Under the pieces are notes generated by a model. The model was not told where the DNA came from. It saw only the letters and a program-made list of their open reading frames with translations, and searched no databases. 64,000 nt of DNA from Tubulanus polymorphus. Lineage: Eukaryota; Animalia; Nemertea. How positions within the stretch are numbered: position 1 is the stretch's first letter; each line of letters starts with the position of its first letter. Below are positions 51,092 to 64,000 of this stretch, one piece after another. A program made the translations under genes and the position numbers. The DNA lies in contig NC_134036.1 in the NCBI RefSeq assembly GCF_964204645.1, positions 10,333,859 to 10,397,858 on the forward strand. Reading direction: 5' to 3'.

Positions 51092-52453
51092 TCACAAAGT
51101 AGACAAAATAATTGCAATGGCATGCCTTTTGCCATCTGCACTGGGCCTAACTGCCTCATTAATATCGAGCATATCGTGATCCGCAACAAGTCCGCGACCC
51201 TCCCTCAACAGTTCATCGATATTATCTTCAGTTGCAAGACACACATTGTGCAATACAAAACAGCTTATTACAAAGTCAATAAGTCTATCCACATTATGCA
51301 TATCGATGTACTTTAATCTTCGAAATCTCCCTTTAAGGATTCCGAAGGTATTCTCAATTGCAACACGTGAAACGCTATGTTTGTAATTGTAGTCTTTTTG
51401 ATTCCGAGTTAAATGTCCAGTGTCTTTGAATGGTACCATAGTAAAGTCATTCAGTTCATAAGCAGAATCTCCAAGGAGATGTGAGCTCTCAGGGAATAGA
51501 ATTCTCCTTTTAACCATGTCCTCAGCAGCAAGCCAAATTTCAGTATTTTTAAAGACTCTGGAGTCATGGCTAGATCCAGGCCATCCAACATTTACATGAG
51601 TGAACCGATATTCATCATCACACACAGCGCACACATTTAATGAATGGAACTTTTTCCGGTTAATATAGGATTCAGGGCTTTTGACAGGTGCTTTAATTGG
51701 TATGTGCGTTCCATCTACTGCACCCACTACTTTTGGAAATCCTGCTTTCTTTTCAAATCCAGCCATCACCTGAGTCAGACGTTCACCTTGTGGCCACTTG
51801 ATTACTCGATCCATTACGTGCTTCACGATTACCGACGAAATAAACCCTGAAATAACAGTATCATAATTAAAAGCAATACATATTCACAGTCATGAGACCC
51901 CGAGTATTGTATCATTTTAGTGACTGGCATAGTTATAATATTCTTTTATAAATTTAATGCACATTAATTAAAACAACTCACCAATAATATTGAACACTGT
52001 TGCTTCACATACTCCATACAGATCAGCAATTCTGATTAAAGGATCTGATGTGGCTGCATAATGTATGTAAATTAATAACTGCTTTTCCTTCTGTATGGTA
52101 AGTTTATAATCTCGAATCTCATTTTCTGCATCGATATAAGGAATCATGAACTGAAGAAGCACTTTAAAAGTTTGTTTCGACATCCTAAATCTCGCTCGAA
52201 ATTCGTCATCACAATATTTAGCAACAGTGTAGCAACAGTAATTTTCAACTCTCAGCTTGCATTTTAATTTCAAATGTTTTATCGTTTCACTATAAGTAAG
52301 AACGGTATTTGCAGATGCGGTATAGTTCAAAAGTTCCTCCACTTGCTTCTCCAGATAAACCTGCGGTAGCGAAGCCAACTGGCTGTCTTGCATTAATATT
52401 AATGCAATTGTTAATATCCTTTTTCTTCGGTTCGAATTTCGCACCAGCGCCAT
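51092..52453 (-). CDS. PIF/Harbinger (HARBI1-like DDE) transposase, 2 exons (52453-51982, 51846-51092), 408 aa, apparently intact
   Basis: FRMSKQTF, GAVDGTHIPI, YINRKKFHSLN, GWPGSSHDSRVF, LLGDSAY, RVAIENTFGILKGRFRRL, CFVLHN; GTGAGT..TTTCAG intron joins in frame. Confidence 0.93.
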
Positions 52454-54107
52454 ATTGGATAATTTCTATGGCTGGCGTTTTTATCAACCAACATACTCGG
52501 TTATGCTAATTGACACTAATCGGCTATATAATCTAAATAGCTAATCTATTTCGATTTTGCTGGTTCATAAAAAGGCCTCTGGTGTTGCAACTGCCGTGAT
52601 TATCGTATCTGCTGCGTCTATACAGTTCTGCTGCTGTCCTAGAAACAATTAACAAAATAACCAATTTACAAGTGGAAATTCGAAGATAGCCGTTTCCCAT
52701 TTTCCCAAACGACATTACGAAAAACTGTAGCAAATTTAATTTACCGTTTATTCCTGTGCACTGCGTCATTAGCAACAACACCAACATCAAACACTTCTGT
52801 AATGAAGATGAACACTGATTTAGAATATATTGCAGGTACCGCTGTGAGTGGGCAAGAAGTTTTAGATATTCTAGTCCGTTTTGTAACCAGTTAAACCGCG
52901 ATCGAGATTATGAGCATGTAGAATTATATCTGTAGCACGACCCGGCTTCAGGATTATATCAACAAAACGCACGTATCAGTATGGTGGCACTTATCTGCCA
53001 CATTCACTTAAACCAATGAAAACTGAATTCACAGGCTGAATCGACCCACAAAATGTAGGTGCTAATCCTTACCTTCCTATACATACTGTAACCGCACAAA
53101 GCCTATAATAGAAATAGTATACATACAAATATCATGGATGATAACACCGTGATGTCTAGGGGCTACTAGTGGTCAGTTTAGGATCGTTATCGTAATCATT
53201 ATGATAAAATACATGTACCTTAGATTCTATGATAGCTACCAGATAAGCTTTTCAGTAACTTCAACAATTGAAAAAAAGAACTGGGTCAACCGAATAAGCC
53301 TTAATTTACACTGGCTAAAAATTGATACCTTGTTTCTCATTTCTGCAGAGCTTATAAATTGACCGTCCGCCTATCTCTCCTGTACATAACTGTTTTTTTA
53401 TAACGTGATCAATCTAACAATAGCAGACTCGGTAGTTATAGAAATGAACTCATTACAAATTTTATCATATTTTAGGAATGTGACCCTCAGCCGATTAGGA
53501 GAAACAAAGTATTAATATTCTATATTAGCATAACTATAGTGAATTGTATAAACATAATAAAAAAAACGAAAAGAAAGAATAGAATGTGTTTTTCTTACCT
53601 TTAGCGATGGAGATACGTGACCTTCGTTACGCAAATAAAAACAATAGCAGAGCGAAAATAAACCTTAAGAAAGTTGATTTTAACGCCGCAAAACGATGTT
53701 ACAATGTACAAGCAAACTGCTTTCTTATGTATTATACTTGAATGTTCTGTCACATGAGTTAAAAAAACGTGTTTCTATTCAGGATTGTGTTATATAACTG
53801 ACAATATAAAAGGTGCACGGTGTTAAATGAATATATGCGTCGCACCGTGAAATCCACAAAAACGTCGTCTACCGGTCTACCAGGAAGTAAATTGCGATTT
53901 ACGTATTATATGTTTGAAACAGAAAATAAAACCTCGCCGTTCAAAGGAAGAAGTGTCATTGAAAAACTCTGCGACAACTTCCACTTTTCAAAATGATAGA
54001 TATGTTTTATTACGAAGAAAATTTTGGAAAAAAATTAAAATGGGAAAATGAACATTGGACGCGTCAAACGTGTGCGGTTCGTTACTCTTATTACAGTCAA
54101 CAAGATG

Positions 54108-54313
54108 TGTCGGTATTCCGACACGCTTCACGGGTAATCGGTTTTCGCGCCTTTTTCAGTGAGCGTTTACTGTACGTTTTGTGATTATGTGTTACCTCTC
54201 TTGTCAAGCTGCACGCACGCTGTGGCCAGTAAATTATGTTGTACATAGAGTAAATAAAGTTCTGTTATTAAACACCAGCCTAACTCGTCTATATTCTGAT
54301 GACTAAGGAGACA
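54108..54313 (+). repeat. BEL/Pao 5' LTR (206 bp)
   Basis: Matches 59817-60030 with 10 substitutions and one 8-bp indel by my count; contains AATAAA. Confidence 0.92.
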
Positions 54314-54338
54314 TAAATGGTCCCTCGAAACGTTAAAA

Positions 54339-57300
54339 ATGTCATCTTCAGACGAGAAACTCCGTTTGAAGGCAAACAGAACGGGAATCAGACGAGCAGT
54401 AACAAGGTACGTCAACGAACGTGATCGTTTAGTGTCTGCCCATTCCGACGATACCAGTTTGTTGGAAGACATTACAACGAAATTAGAATCGAAATTCCAT
54501 ACGTTGTCTTGTAACCACGAAGAATTTGTAAATGTTGTGGATCCCAGCGAGTTAGAATCGTGCTGGGCGGAACACGAAACCTAAGAAAAATCCGCAGATG
54601 AAGCGTTGTGGAAAGCGCGGGCGTTAATACGTAAAATTAAACAGGGAAATATACCCGACCATTGCGTCCCAACCAGTAGTTTCAGTTCGTCAGTAAAGTT
54701 GCCGAAACTTACGTTACCGAAATTCAATGGCGATCCGTTACAATGGAGAAATTTCTGGGATTCGTTTGAATCGTGCGTTCATAATAATGTCCAATTGCCA
54801 GAACTTAATAAATTTGCGTATCTGAAATCGTGTTTATCAGGAACCGCGTTGTCGTGTGTTTCTGGGTTATCAGGAGATAGTTACAACCACGCCGTAGAAT
54901 TGCTCATCGATCGATTTGGAAAGCCGCAAAAGCTCGTAAAAGTTTACATGAAAGCGCTTCCTAACATCAGAAAACCGTCATCATCCGTATCGGAATTGCG
55001 TTCGTTTTACGATAATATTAACATCTACATTCGTTCGCTCGAAAGCCTAGGAAAACAACCAGATTCGTATGATGATTTGTTAGTGCCGGTTCTTCTCGAA
55101 AAGTTACCGTCATCTACCGTTCAAAATATATCGCGTGGTCGACAATGCGTCGATTGGACATTGGTGGATCTTCTATTATGTCTAAACAATGAAATTGACA
55201 TCTTAGAATTATGTTACTCAGATAGCAGAAATATTTCATTTGAAGAACGAAACGAGGTTAATTCTTTTGTAGCTACTGGCACAATTACTGGTAAATCTAG
55301 GCTTTATCCATTTTCCAATAGGAAATGTGCGTACTGCAAAGGTGATCACTCCTCAAATAATTGTATGAAATGTAGTTCAATTCTGGCTAGAAAACGTATA
55401 ATCAAAGATCGAGTTTGTGTTTTAATTGTTTGCGAAATGATCACGTTATCAAAGATTGCAAATCTGAAACCAGGTGTGAACAAAAAACACCACACTAGTA
55501 TATGTGAAGGGTTTGAAGCAAAAAGATCGAATTTTGAAAATCGGCTAGATTCCGGTATAAACACTTCATTTCAGAATTCTAATAATAGTTCAGTCTCATT
55601 TATCGAGTGCGAACACGACACAAATAGAGTTAAACGAACTGATTCAAAAAGCATTTCTAGTAGGGTAGTAAACACAGTTAATGCTTCGATTCTATTAAAG
55701 ACCGCAATTGTACGCATTTCTGGTTGTATTTACTCACATGATTCAGGTGTCCTTTTTGACGACGGTTCACAGCGTTCGTTCATAAATCGTCACTTAGTAG
55801 ATACGCTTGGGCTGAAGTCCATTCGCACTGAAAATGTTAACGTCAGTGGGTTTGGAGGGAAAGAGTTAGAACCACAATTCCGAGTTTTAGATGTAGTAAG
55901 GGTGAAGGTCGTTTGTTCTGACAATTCAACAATAGAAATAGAAGCTTTAGTCGTACGTCAAGTTGCGAGACCAATATTTCTCGGCGATAGAACTACCTTA
56001 TTACATTATCCTATAATAAAGAAACTCACTCTTGCTCATCCTATCAATGCTGAAAAACTTTTCAATGTTGGAATGTTGATAGGTTCTGATTTCTACTATA
56101 GATTTATAGAAAAGGGTTTTAATTTACCTGTTGTGGTGATGAGGTCCAACCTGTCGTTATTCCTAGTCGGGTTGGACATTTAATATCAGGTCCGATGCCA
56201 TCTACTCCATCTGTATTTCCTTTATCAGCTTCTTTTTTGACAGTTGATGAGTCTACATCCAAGGTCGAAGTGCAGTTAGAAGAATTTCATGATTTCTGGT
56301 CTTTAGAATCTTTAGAATCAAACACTCGCTTCTGACGATGAGGTATTAACAGCTGAACGTTATTGTAAAGATTCATTGACTTACAACCACGAAAATAAAA
56401 AGTACATCGCTAGACTTCCTTGGAATTTGAACCACACAGAATTACCGACAAATTATAGCATTTGTTTACATCGAACTCGTTCTACAATTGATAGATTAGT
56501 TAAATCAGGTCATCTCGCGCAGTATGCATCTATCATCGAAGAACAGTGTCAACGTGCTTTTATCGAGGTAGTCTCCAATGCTCAGGCCGAAGGTGCATGT
56601 CATTATATTCCCCATCATGCAGTCTATCGTAACTCGGCATCTACACCAGTTCGCATAGTTTATGATTGCTCTTGTAGAGGTTCAAAACATTCAGTTTCTC
56701 TAAATGATTGTCTTGAAGCTGGACCAAGGTTACAAAATGACATTTTTGGTATTTTGCTTCGTTTCCGACAACATTCCATCGCAAATGTATCGGACGTTGA
56801 GAAGGCATTTCTCATGGTTGATCTCCATCCAGATGACAGGGATTTTTGCAGGTTTTTATGGTCAGAAGACCCAGCTAATCCAAATAGTAGACTCATTACC
56901 TGGAGATTTCGTGTCGTTCTGTTTGGAGCAATTTGTAGCCCTTTTATCCTCAATGCAACAATATTGAAGCACATCAAATTAAATCCATGTGAAGTTTCAG
57001 ATCAAGCAGAACATCTACGTCGACAATGTCTACTGCAGCTTAGAATCTGAAGCCAAGGCAGTAGATTTCTTTTCTACTTCTAGGAGCTTACTTCAGCTTG
57101 GTGGGTTCAATCTACGAGCATGGTCTTCAAATTCTTCTGAAGTTGTTAAGATCGCTCAAGAAAACGGCATTCATGATCCAGGCAACACATCCGTTGTTGG
57201 TATGATGTGGGACGCCACAACTGATGAGATGTTCTTTCAGAGGAATCATTTTAATACTGATGCATCTGTTGTCACAAAACGTCAGGTTTTAAGTGACACT

Positions 57301-59624
57301 TCGAAGATTTTCGATCCTTTAGGTTTAGTATCACCGGTTTCACTTAGAGGAAAGTTGCTAGTTCAAAAATTGTGGCAGTTACAGTGTGACTGGGACAATC
57401 CGATCGGTGAAGAACTTCAAGCTGAATGGTTCAGCATCATATTTGATTTCAGTAAATTCAGTGAATTGAAGTTCCCGCGTCAGTGTTTCTCTCTCTGGAG
57501 AAGATGAGTATTTTGTCTTTTGTGATGCTCGTAAGGTCGCATACGGGGCTGTTATTTATATACGCTGTGGTCCATCTGTTTCATTGTTAACCGCCAAGAG
57601 CAGAGTAGCACCGATCAAACAATTATCTATCCCTCGACTAGAATTGATGGCTGTTTGCATTGGTATGCGTTTACTTTCAAACGTAGTTTCCAGTCTTAAA
57701 GCTACAAGCAACCATATTTTCAGACAGCGAAATTGTTCTTGCTTGGATCACTGGTGATAAGATTTTGAGACAGTTTAAGACTAATCGTTTGAAGGAGATC
57801 GCTTCTGAGATTGATAAGGGTAACCTCACAATTTCTTGGCAACATTGTTCATCATCAGATAATCCTGCAGATTTAGTAAGTAGAGGTTGTTGCGGTGGCA
57901 GGTGGCAGGGTCCATCCTTCCTGGTTGACTTCAATAGCCAATTGACATCAGTTTCCTTGGTACGGGTGATAGACAGCGATTTATCTTCGTTTGCCACTCT
58001 GATTAATTTTTCACATCGCATTGACGCAATCATGAACGTTGAAGAATTTTCAAGTCTACGGCGTTTACTTGTCACATCCGTTTTTGTGTTCAGATTTCTG
58101 ACCATTTGTAGGGGGCAATCACCTGTGGAAACAGGTCCTCCAACGTTCATTGAACTGACAACAGTTTTCACTTGTTGGGTTAAATGCAGTTAGAGACAAA
58201 CTTATGACTCTGAGATCAGATTGCTTATTACACACAAAACGAACGATCGTATCAAAAAACTCAGCTTATATCTTGATAAAGACTCTGTATTGAGATCGCA
58301 GGGTCGCATTCATAATGCACAATTACAGGATCGCACTAAATTCCCTATTTTACTCTCTCGACATCATCACTTATCAACACTAATCGTTCTGCAGACTCAC
58401 GAAGATATCCTGCACTCATGGATAACAATACTGTCGCTAAAGTAAGGCAATATATCTGGATTCCATGTTTGACTCAACTCACAAAAAAAGGTTCTTAATC
58501 GCTGCATCCCTTGCAAAAAGCTTCCATATGCATATCCAAATCCACCTCCTCTTCCGACAAATAGAGTTCAAAGCGCCGCTCCATTTGCAATTACTGGGGT
58601 AGACTATACCGGCAAAATAACAGGTCGAAGCGGAGAAGATTCTTACATCTGTTTGTTTAACTGTGCTGTAACAAGATGCATCCAATCTAGAACTGACACC
58701 TAACATGACGACTCACTCATTTGTTAGCTTTTCGTCGTTTTTGTAGTCGTCGTAGTGTACCCTCTCTCATGATGTCTGATAATCAATCAATGTTCGAATG
58801 TTCGGCTGAGATAATCAAATCTCTCATCGAAAACCACGCCATCAAAACACATCTTGCTAAAAATAGTTGTTCTTGGTTTTTCATACCGAAAAGAGCACCG
58901 TGGTTTGGTGGATTTTGGGAAAGGGAAATCGGCATGACAAAAACCTTACTTAAGAAAGTCATGCGGAAAAATTAACTGGACCGAGATGAATTACAAACGC
59001 TTTTGTTTGTTTTGTTTGATAGAATCTATGCTAAATGACCGACTCTTGACACACGTTTCGACTGATCTAAGAGATCCAGATGCCATCACGCCATCTCAAT
59101 TGTTTCAAGGTCGAAAAATCGTCACTGTTCCCTATCCTATCGTTGATCTCGATGAATTAGCAGACCCTGATTTCATTGATGCTACTGTCATACGACAAAG
59201 AGCAAAACATCGTGCCTTTTTACTACATCATTTCAATAACCGCTGGCGAAATGAATATTTGACCGCTTTACGAGAGAAACACACTCGCTCTGGTACCACG
59301 GTTAAAAGTATCAAGAAGGGTTATGTTGTAATTGTGCACAACGAAGGTCCTCGGTTAAGTTGGAGACTTGCAGTTGTCACACGCCTTAATACTGGTTGCG
59401 ACGGTCTTATTAGGCATGTTGATATCCGCACGTCAACAGGTGTGACCAATCGGCCAATAACTAAATTATATCCCCTCGAGTTTTCTAGATCTGACTCAGT
59501 TAACGAGATAAATACGGTCGATTCCGATGGAGGCACTTGTGTAGGTGCAATATGCATGCTCGCCCGGGAACGTCTTGCCGCAAAACGGGCAAGAGAATTG
59601 ATTAAAAATTCGTTCGATAATTAG
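54339..59624 (+). pseudogene. BEL/Pao gag-pol polyprotein with stops and frameshifts
   Basis: KLPKLTLPKFNGDPLQWRNFWDSF (gag), LFDDGSQRSF (protease), YIPHHAV / SDVEKAF / YVDN (RT), FCDA and DNPADLVSRG (RNase H), MSDN / APWFGGFWER (integrase), RWRNEYL..RPITKLYPLE (C-terminal domain); in-frame TAA at 54582. Confidence 0.93.
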
Positions 59625-59816
59625 GTTGCCGTCTTGCCGCAAATAATATCGTTTGCAAGCATTTGGGAAATTTGTAAGATTAAGAGTTATTTACATTGTT
59701 GTGTGATGAGATATGTCTTTGTTTATCTGTTTGTATGGTTGTATGTTTGTATGTAATCTATTATTTAAAATTAAGGCCTATTCTTTATTAATATTCAACT
59801 TATTTGGGCCGGAGTG

Positions 59817-60030
59817 TGTCGGTATTCCGACACGCTTCACGGGTAATCGGTTTTCGCGCCTTTTTCAGTGGGCGTTTACTGTACGTTTTGTGATTCAGGG
59901 TTACCTCTCTTGTCAAGCTGCACGCACGCACGCACGCTGTGAGCAGTAGATTATGTTGTACATAGAGTAAATAAAGTTCTGTTATTAAACACAAGCCTAA
60001 CTCGTCTATATTCTGAGGAATAAGGAGACA
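59817..60030 (+). repeat. BEL/Pao 3' LTR (214 bp)
   Basis: Direct repeat of 54108-54313. Confidence 0.92.
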
Positions 60031-60039
60031 CTGATATCC

Positions 60040-61311
<1,272 letters not shown>

Positions 61312-64000
61312 AATTCAGAAATTATATATATTACTATCGTATAAGAAATTCAGAAATGTTTTGTGTTATTTAAATTGGAATTTAAAGTAGCTAATTTATT
61401 ATATATTATTCCGGAGTTCCCGGGTTTCGCGGTCCCTTTCTCTATTGTCTTTTTCCTCTATTACAAACTCCGGTCCCTGGCGAGAAAGTCGACCACGAAC
61501 ACAGAAACCAGAAAACCAAGGAATAAAAGGAACTCCGGATTTAAATATGATAATACTCAAATTTTATTCTACAATTTTAACTGAACTTTAGTATCAACAA
61601 TTTATAAAATTCCCTACCTTTTAATTTAGAATTTTGTTACAAATCCCGCACACAAGAAGATGCAATTCAACCGGATAGCCGAAAGTTATCTGTTCTATAG
61701 TCTTCTAATACTTCCCCTGAAAATGCTTTCTAAAAGAGTCCGCTCTCTCTCGAGGTGCGGCCCCTTTTATACAGCTGCGTCCACACCCAAGAAAAATCCA
61801 GAACCCTGCTTGCGGCCAGCCGTAAAAGGGAACGAGCAACCAACGCAGCACCACCACTGGGGTCCTGATTCCTAGACTTTTCATTCGCTGCTAACTTTAA
61901 CCCGACCCTCGACGTCATGATACCTGCCGGTCTGCTCTCCTTCTCAACCGCACCGAAGAGATTACATATATACTATTTTTCCAACCCTCGAACTCATTTA
62001 TTTTAACTTATCCAATGATTACAATTCCCACAATGAATGGTATTTAATTTTGTCTAAATAGTAATATACAATGTAAGCCGAAATATCATCTTTCTTATTT
62101 ATATTCTTTATCATTATTAGTACATTCAAATTTAAACACACAAACTCTTATTAATCAAAATAATAAAACTCTTTAATATTACTTTTTAATATTACTCTTT
62201 AATATTACTCCTTATTATCGATTTATCAGACTAAGGGTCAGCGAGTGTTTCATAAGTTTATTTCATAATTGCTCATTTCCACGAATTCTTCTCATGACTA
62301 CAGCGCCGTGATTACCTTCAAAGTGATTTAGAATGCTCGTCTGATACAAGTATAAATGTTTCAGACAAACAACCATTAAGGCGGAAAATGTATTATCGTA
62401 CATAAGGAACAATGCGCGTGTTCTCCCAGGACATGCTAAGAAACCTACGTATATAAATCGTTTGATCTTTTGAAAGTACAATTCAGCTGCGGATCATCAC
62501 TCCCCACTCAGCTTAAAATTTCGTCCCGAAATTTTGAATTTAGACAACCTCTGAAACACAAGCCGACACCTCATGAAAAACCCTGAAAAACCCTGAAAAA
62601 GAAAGCAGCAACAAACGCGTCTTTTTCCCCAAAGATATTAACTAGACCATATTCTAAAACTACTCGTTAAAGTTCATAGTAATAACACGCACTAAAAGTT
62701 CAGGATTACAGTTCACCAAAACCACAAATTAAAGTTCAGGATACCCGCTCTGAAAATGAAAGTATCTTGAGACCGCTGCCTCGGCTAATACCGTAAAAAG
62801 TCTAGCACTTAACATCACCGCAATTACGAAGTTTGAAAATATTCTGCATGAAAACGCAACAGCAACCACAACAACACAGTACACCATGGACGGACGAATG
62901 ACGTTATCCAACGCAGTTCCTCGCAGCCTAATAATACACCATCCAGCGCGAAAACACGCAATATCAATGGCTTCAACGTAGAACCAGATTTACGATACAG
63001 GAGTCTATAACTTCTCCACAGTTTATATCGCAACATACGAGTCGAAAATACCACAACGCTTGTAGTACAACGAAGCTGAATACGGCGCGCTGGAACATCG
63101 AGTTCATACATCCGCCATTTAGATCGGTTTAACGCAAATGTCGTCGGCGAATTTCACGATTTCTTGCATGCAGCCAGGTGTTTTGTCCCCAAGGAGTTAT
63201 CACAAGTCCGTGAGTATAACGATTTTCGCAAGAGGGACAACACCATTAACACTGGCTGACTGCATGACTAACAAAACACTGATACATACATCTCCAGGCC
63301 TACGCCTAAACGCAACTGTATAGGCCGGATTTCTTGTCATCGACGGCCTTGCATCTTTAAAAATGGACGTGGCTCCTAGTGTCCTATGTCCCGACCATAC
63401 CAGATGTTGGCCCATGCTGTTCTATGCGTCCAGCAATAGAGTCTCGGGATACCTCCCAACAAGTCCTCATCTCCATATGGTCACTATCAGGGAAGTACCC
63501 CTCAACGTCTATCGCAGCAGACAGGAAAAAAAACGGTCTTGCATCCAAGTGCTGTCATGTTGGTCGGTCTCAAACCACTCGAAACGGGTACCCTACAAGC
63601 AAAAGACAACGACAATATTACATAACAATTAGAGACAACGACAGTCTATTATACAAATTCCATAATCATATTACAAGTCTGGTCTATTATATCGACATTC
63701 TTAACAATGAAAAATAAAAGAAATAGAGCCTTCTGTTTTAACCATCTACTGCTATCAATTTAGTCAACAAAACTTCCTCGCTATGATGACCCTACTCGTT
63801 TCATTGTTCGTTTAATTAATTGTATAACTTAATGCGTAAACGTATATCCAACATAAATATTACCTAAAGTAACCACTTAGATAGGCATAAAATATCATAT
63901 ATGGTTATTATATATCGTATAATTATCCGTAAACGAAAATGACATGATCAGCCTGATCAAATAACAATTGCAAAATAATCTTATCACGACTATACTTACA

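Larger units (their letters stand above)
54108..60030 (+). mobile_element. BEL/Pao LTR retrotransposon, full length, decayed
   Basis: Two LTRs TGTC...GACA; PBS-like TGGTCCCTCGA at 54318; purine-rich GGGCCGGAG before the 3' LTR; order gag-PR-RT-RH-IN. Confidence 0.95.

Noticed and set aside
62700-63720. GC-richer segment with several overlapping short ORFs
   Set aside because: No recognisable motif, termini or consistent frame

Overview
AT-rich, intron-containing eukaryotic (metazoan invertebrate-like) DNA made almost entirely of nested transposable elements; no prokaryotic operons, CRISPR array, rRNA or convincing tRNA. Main contents: (1) a 2.66-kb long-TIR element with CAG TSD inserted just upstream of a 3-exon Tc1/mariner DD34E transposase pseudogene; (2) a BEN-domain exon; (3) many Helentron/DINE-1-like non-autonomous elements, building a ~12-kb duplicated mosaic at 21-33 kb; (4) hAT-like elements with 6-bp TSDs; (5) a 2.15-kb TIR element with a 7-bp TSD carrying a RAG1-N-terminal/Chapaev-like zinc-finger gene remnant convergent with a second spliced gene (most unusual item); (6) an LTR-like unit with a tRNA-like head and a ~2-kb CpG-rich 63-bp hairpin array; (7) a 5.5-kb EnSpm/CACTA-like element; (8) an apparently intact 2-exon PIF/Harbinger transposase with the remnant of a convergent partner gene; (9) a full-length decayed BEL/Pao retrotransposon lacking a TSD, abutting a truncated Gypsy-like gag with a (TCG)~68 expansion; (10) a possible host terminal exon ending in a polybasic-CaaX motif. 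All family assignments come from reading motifs by eye; no database searches were run.
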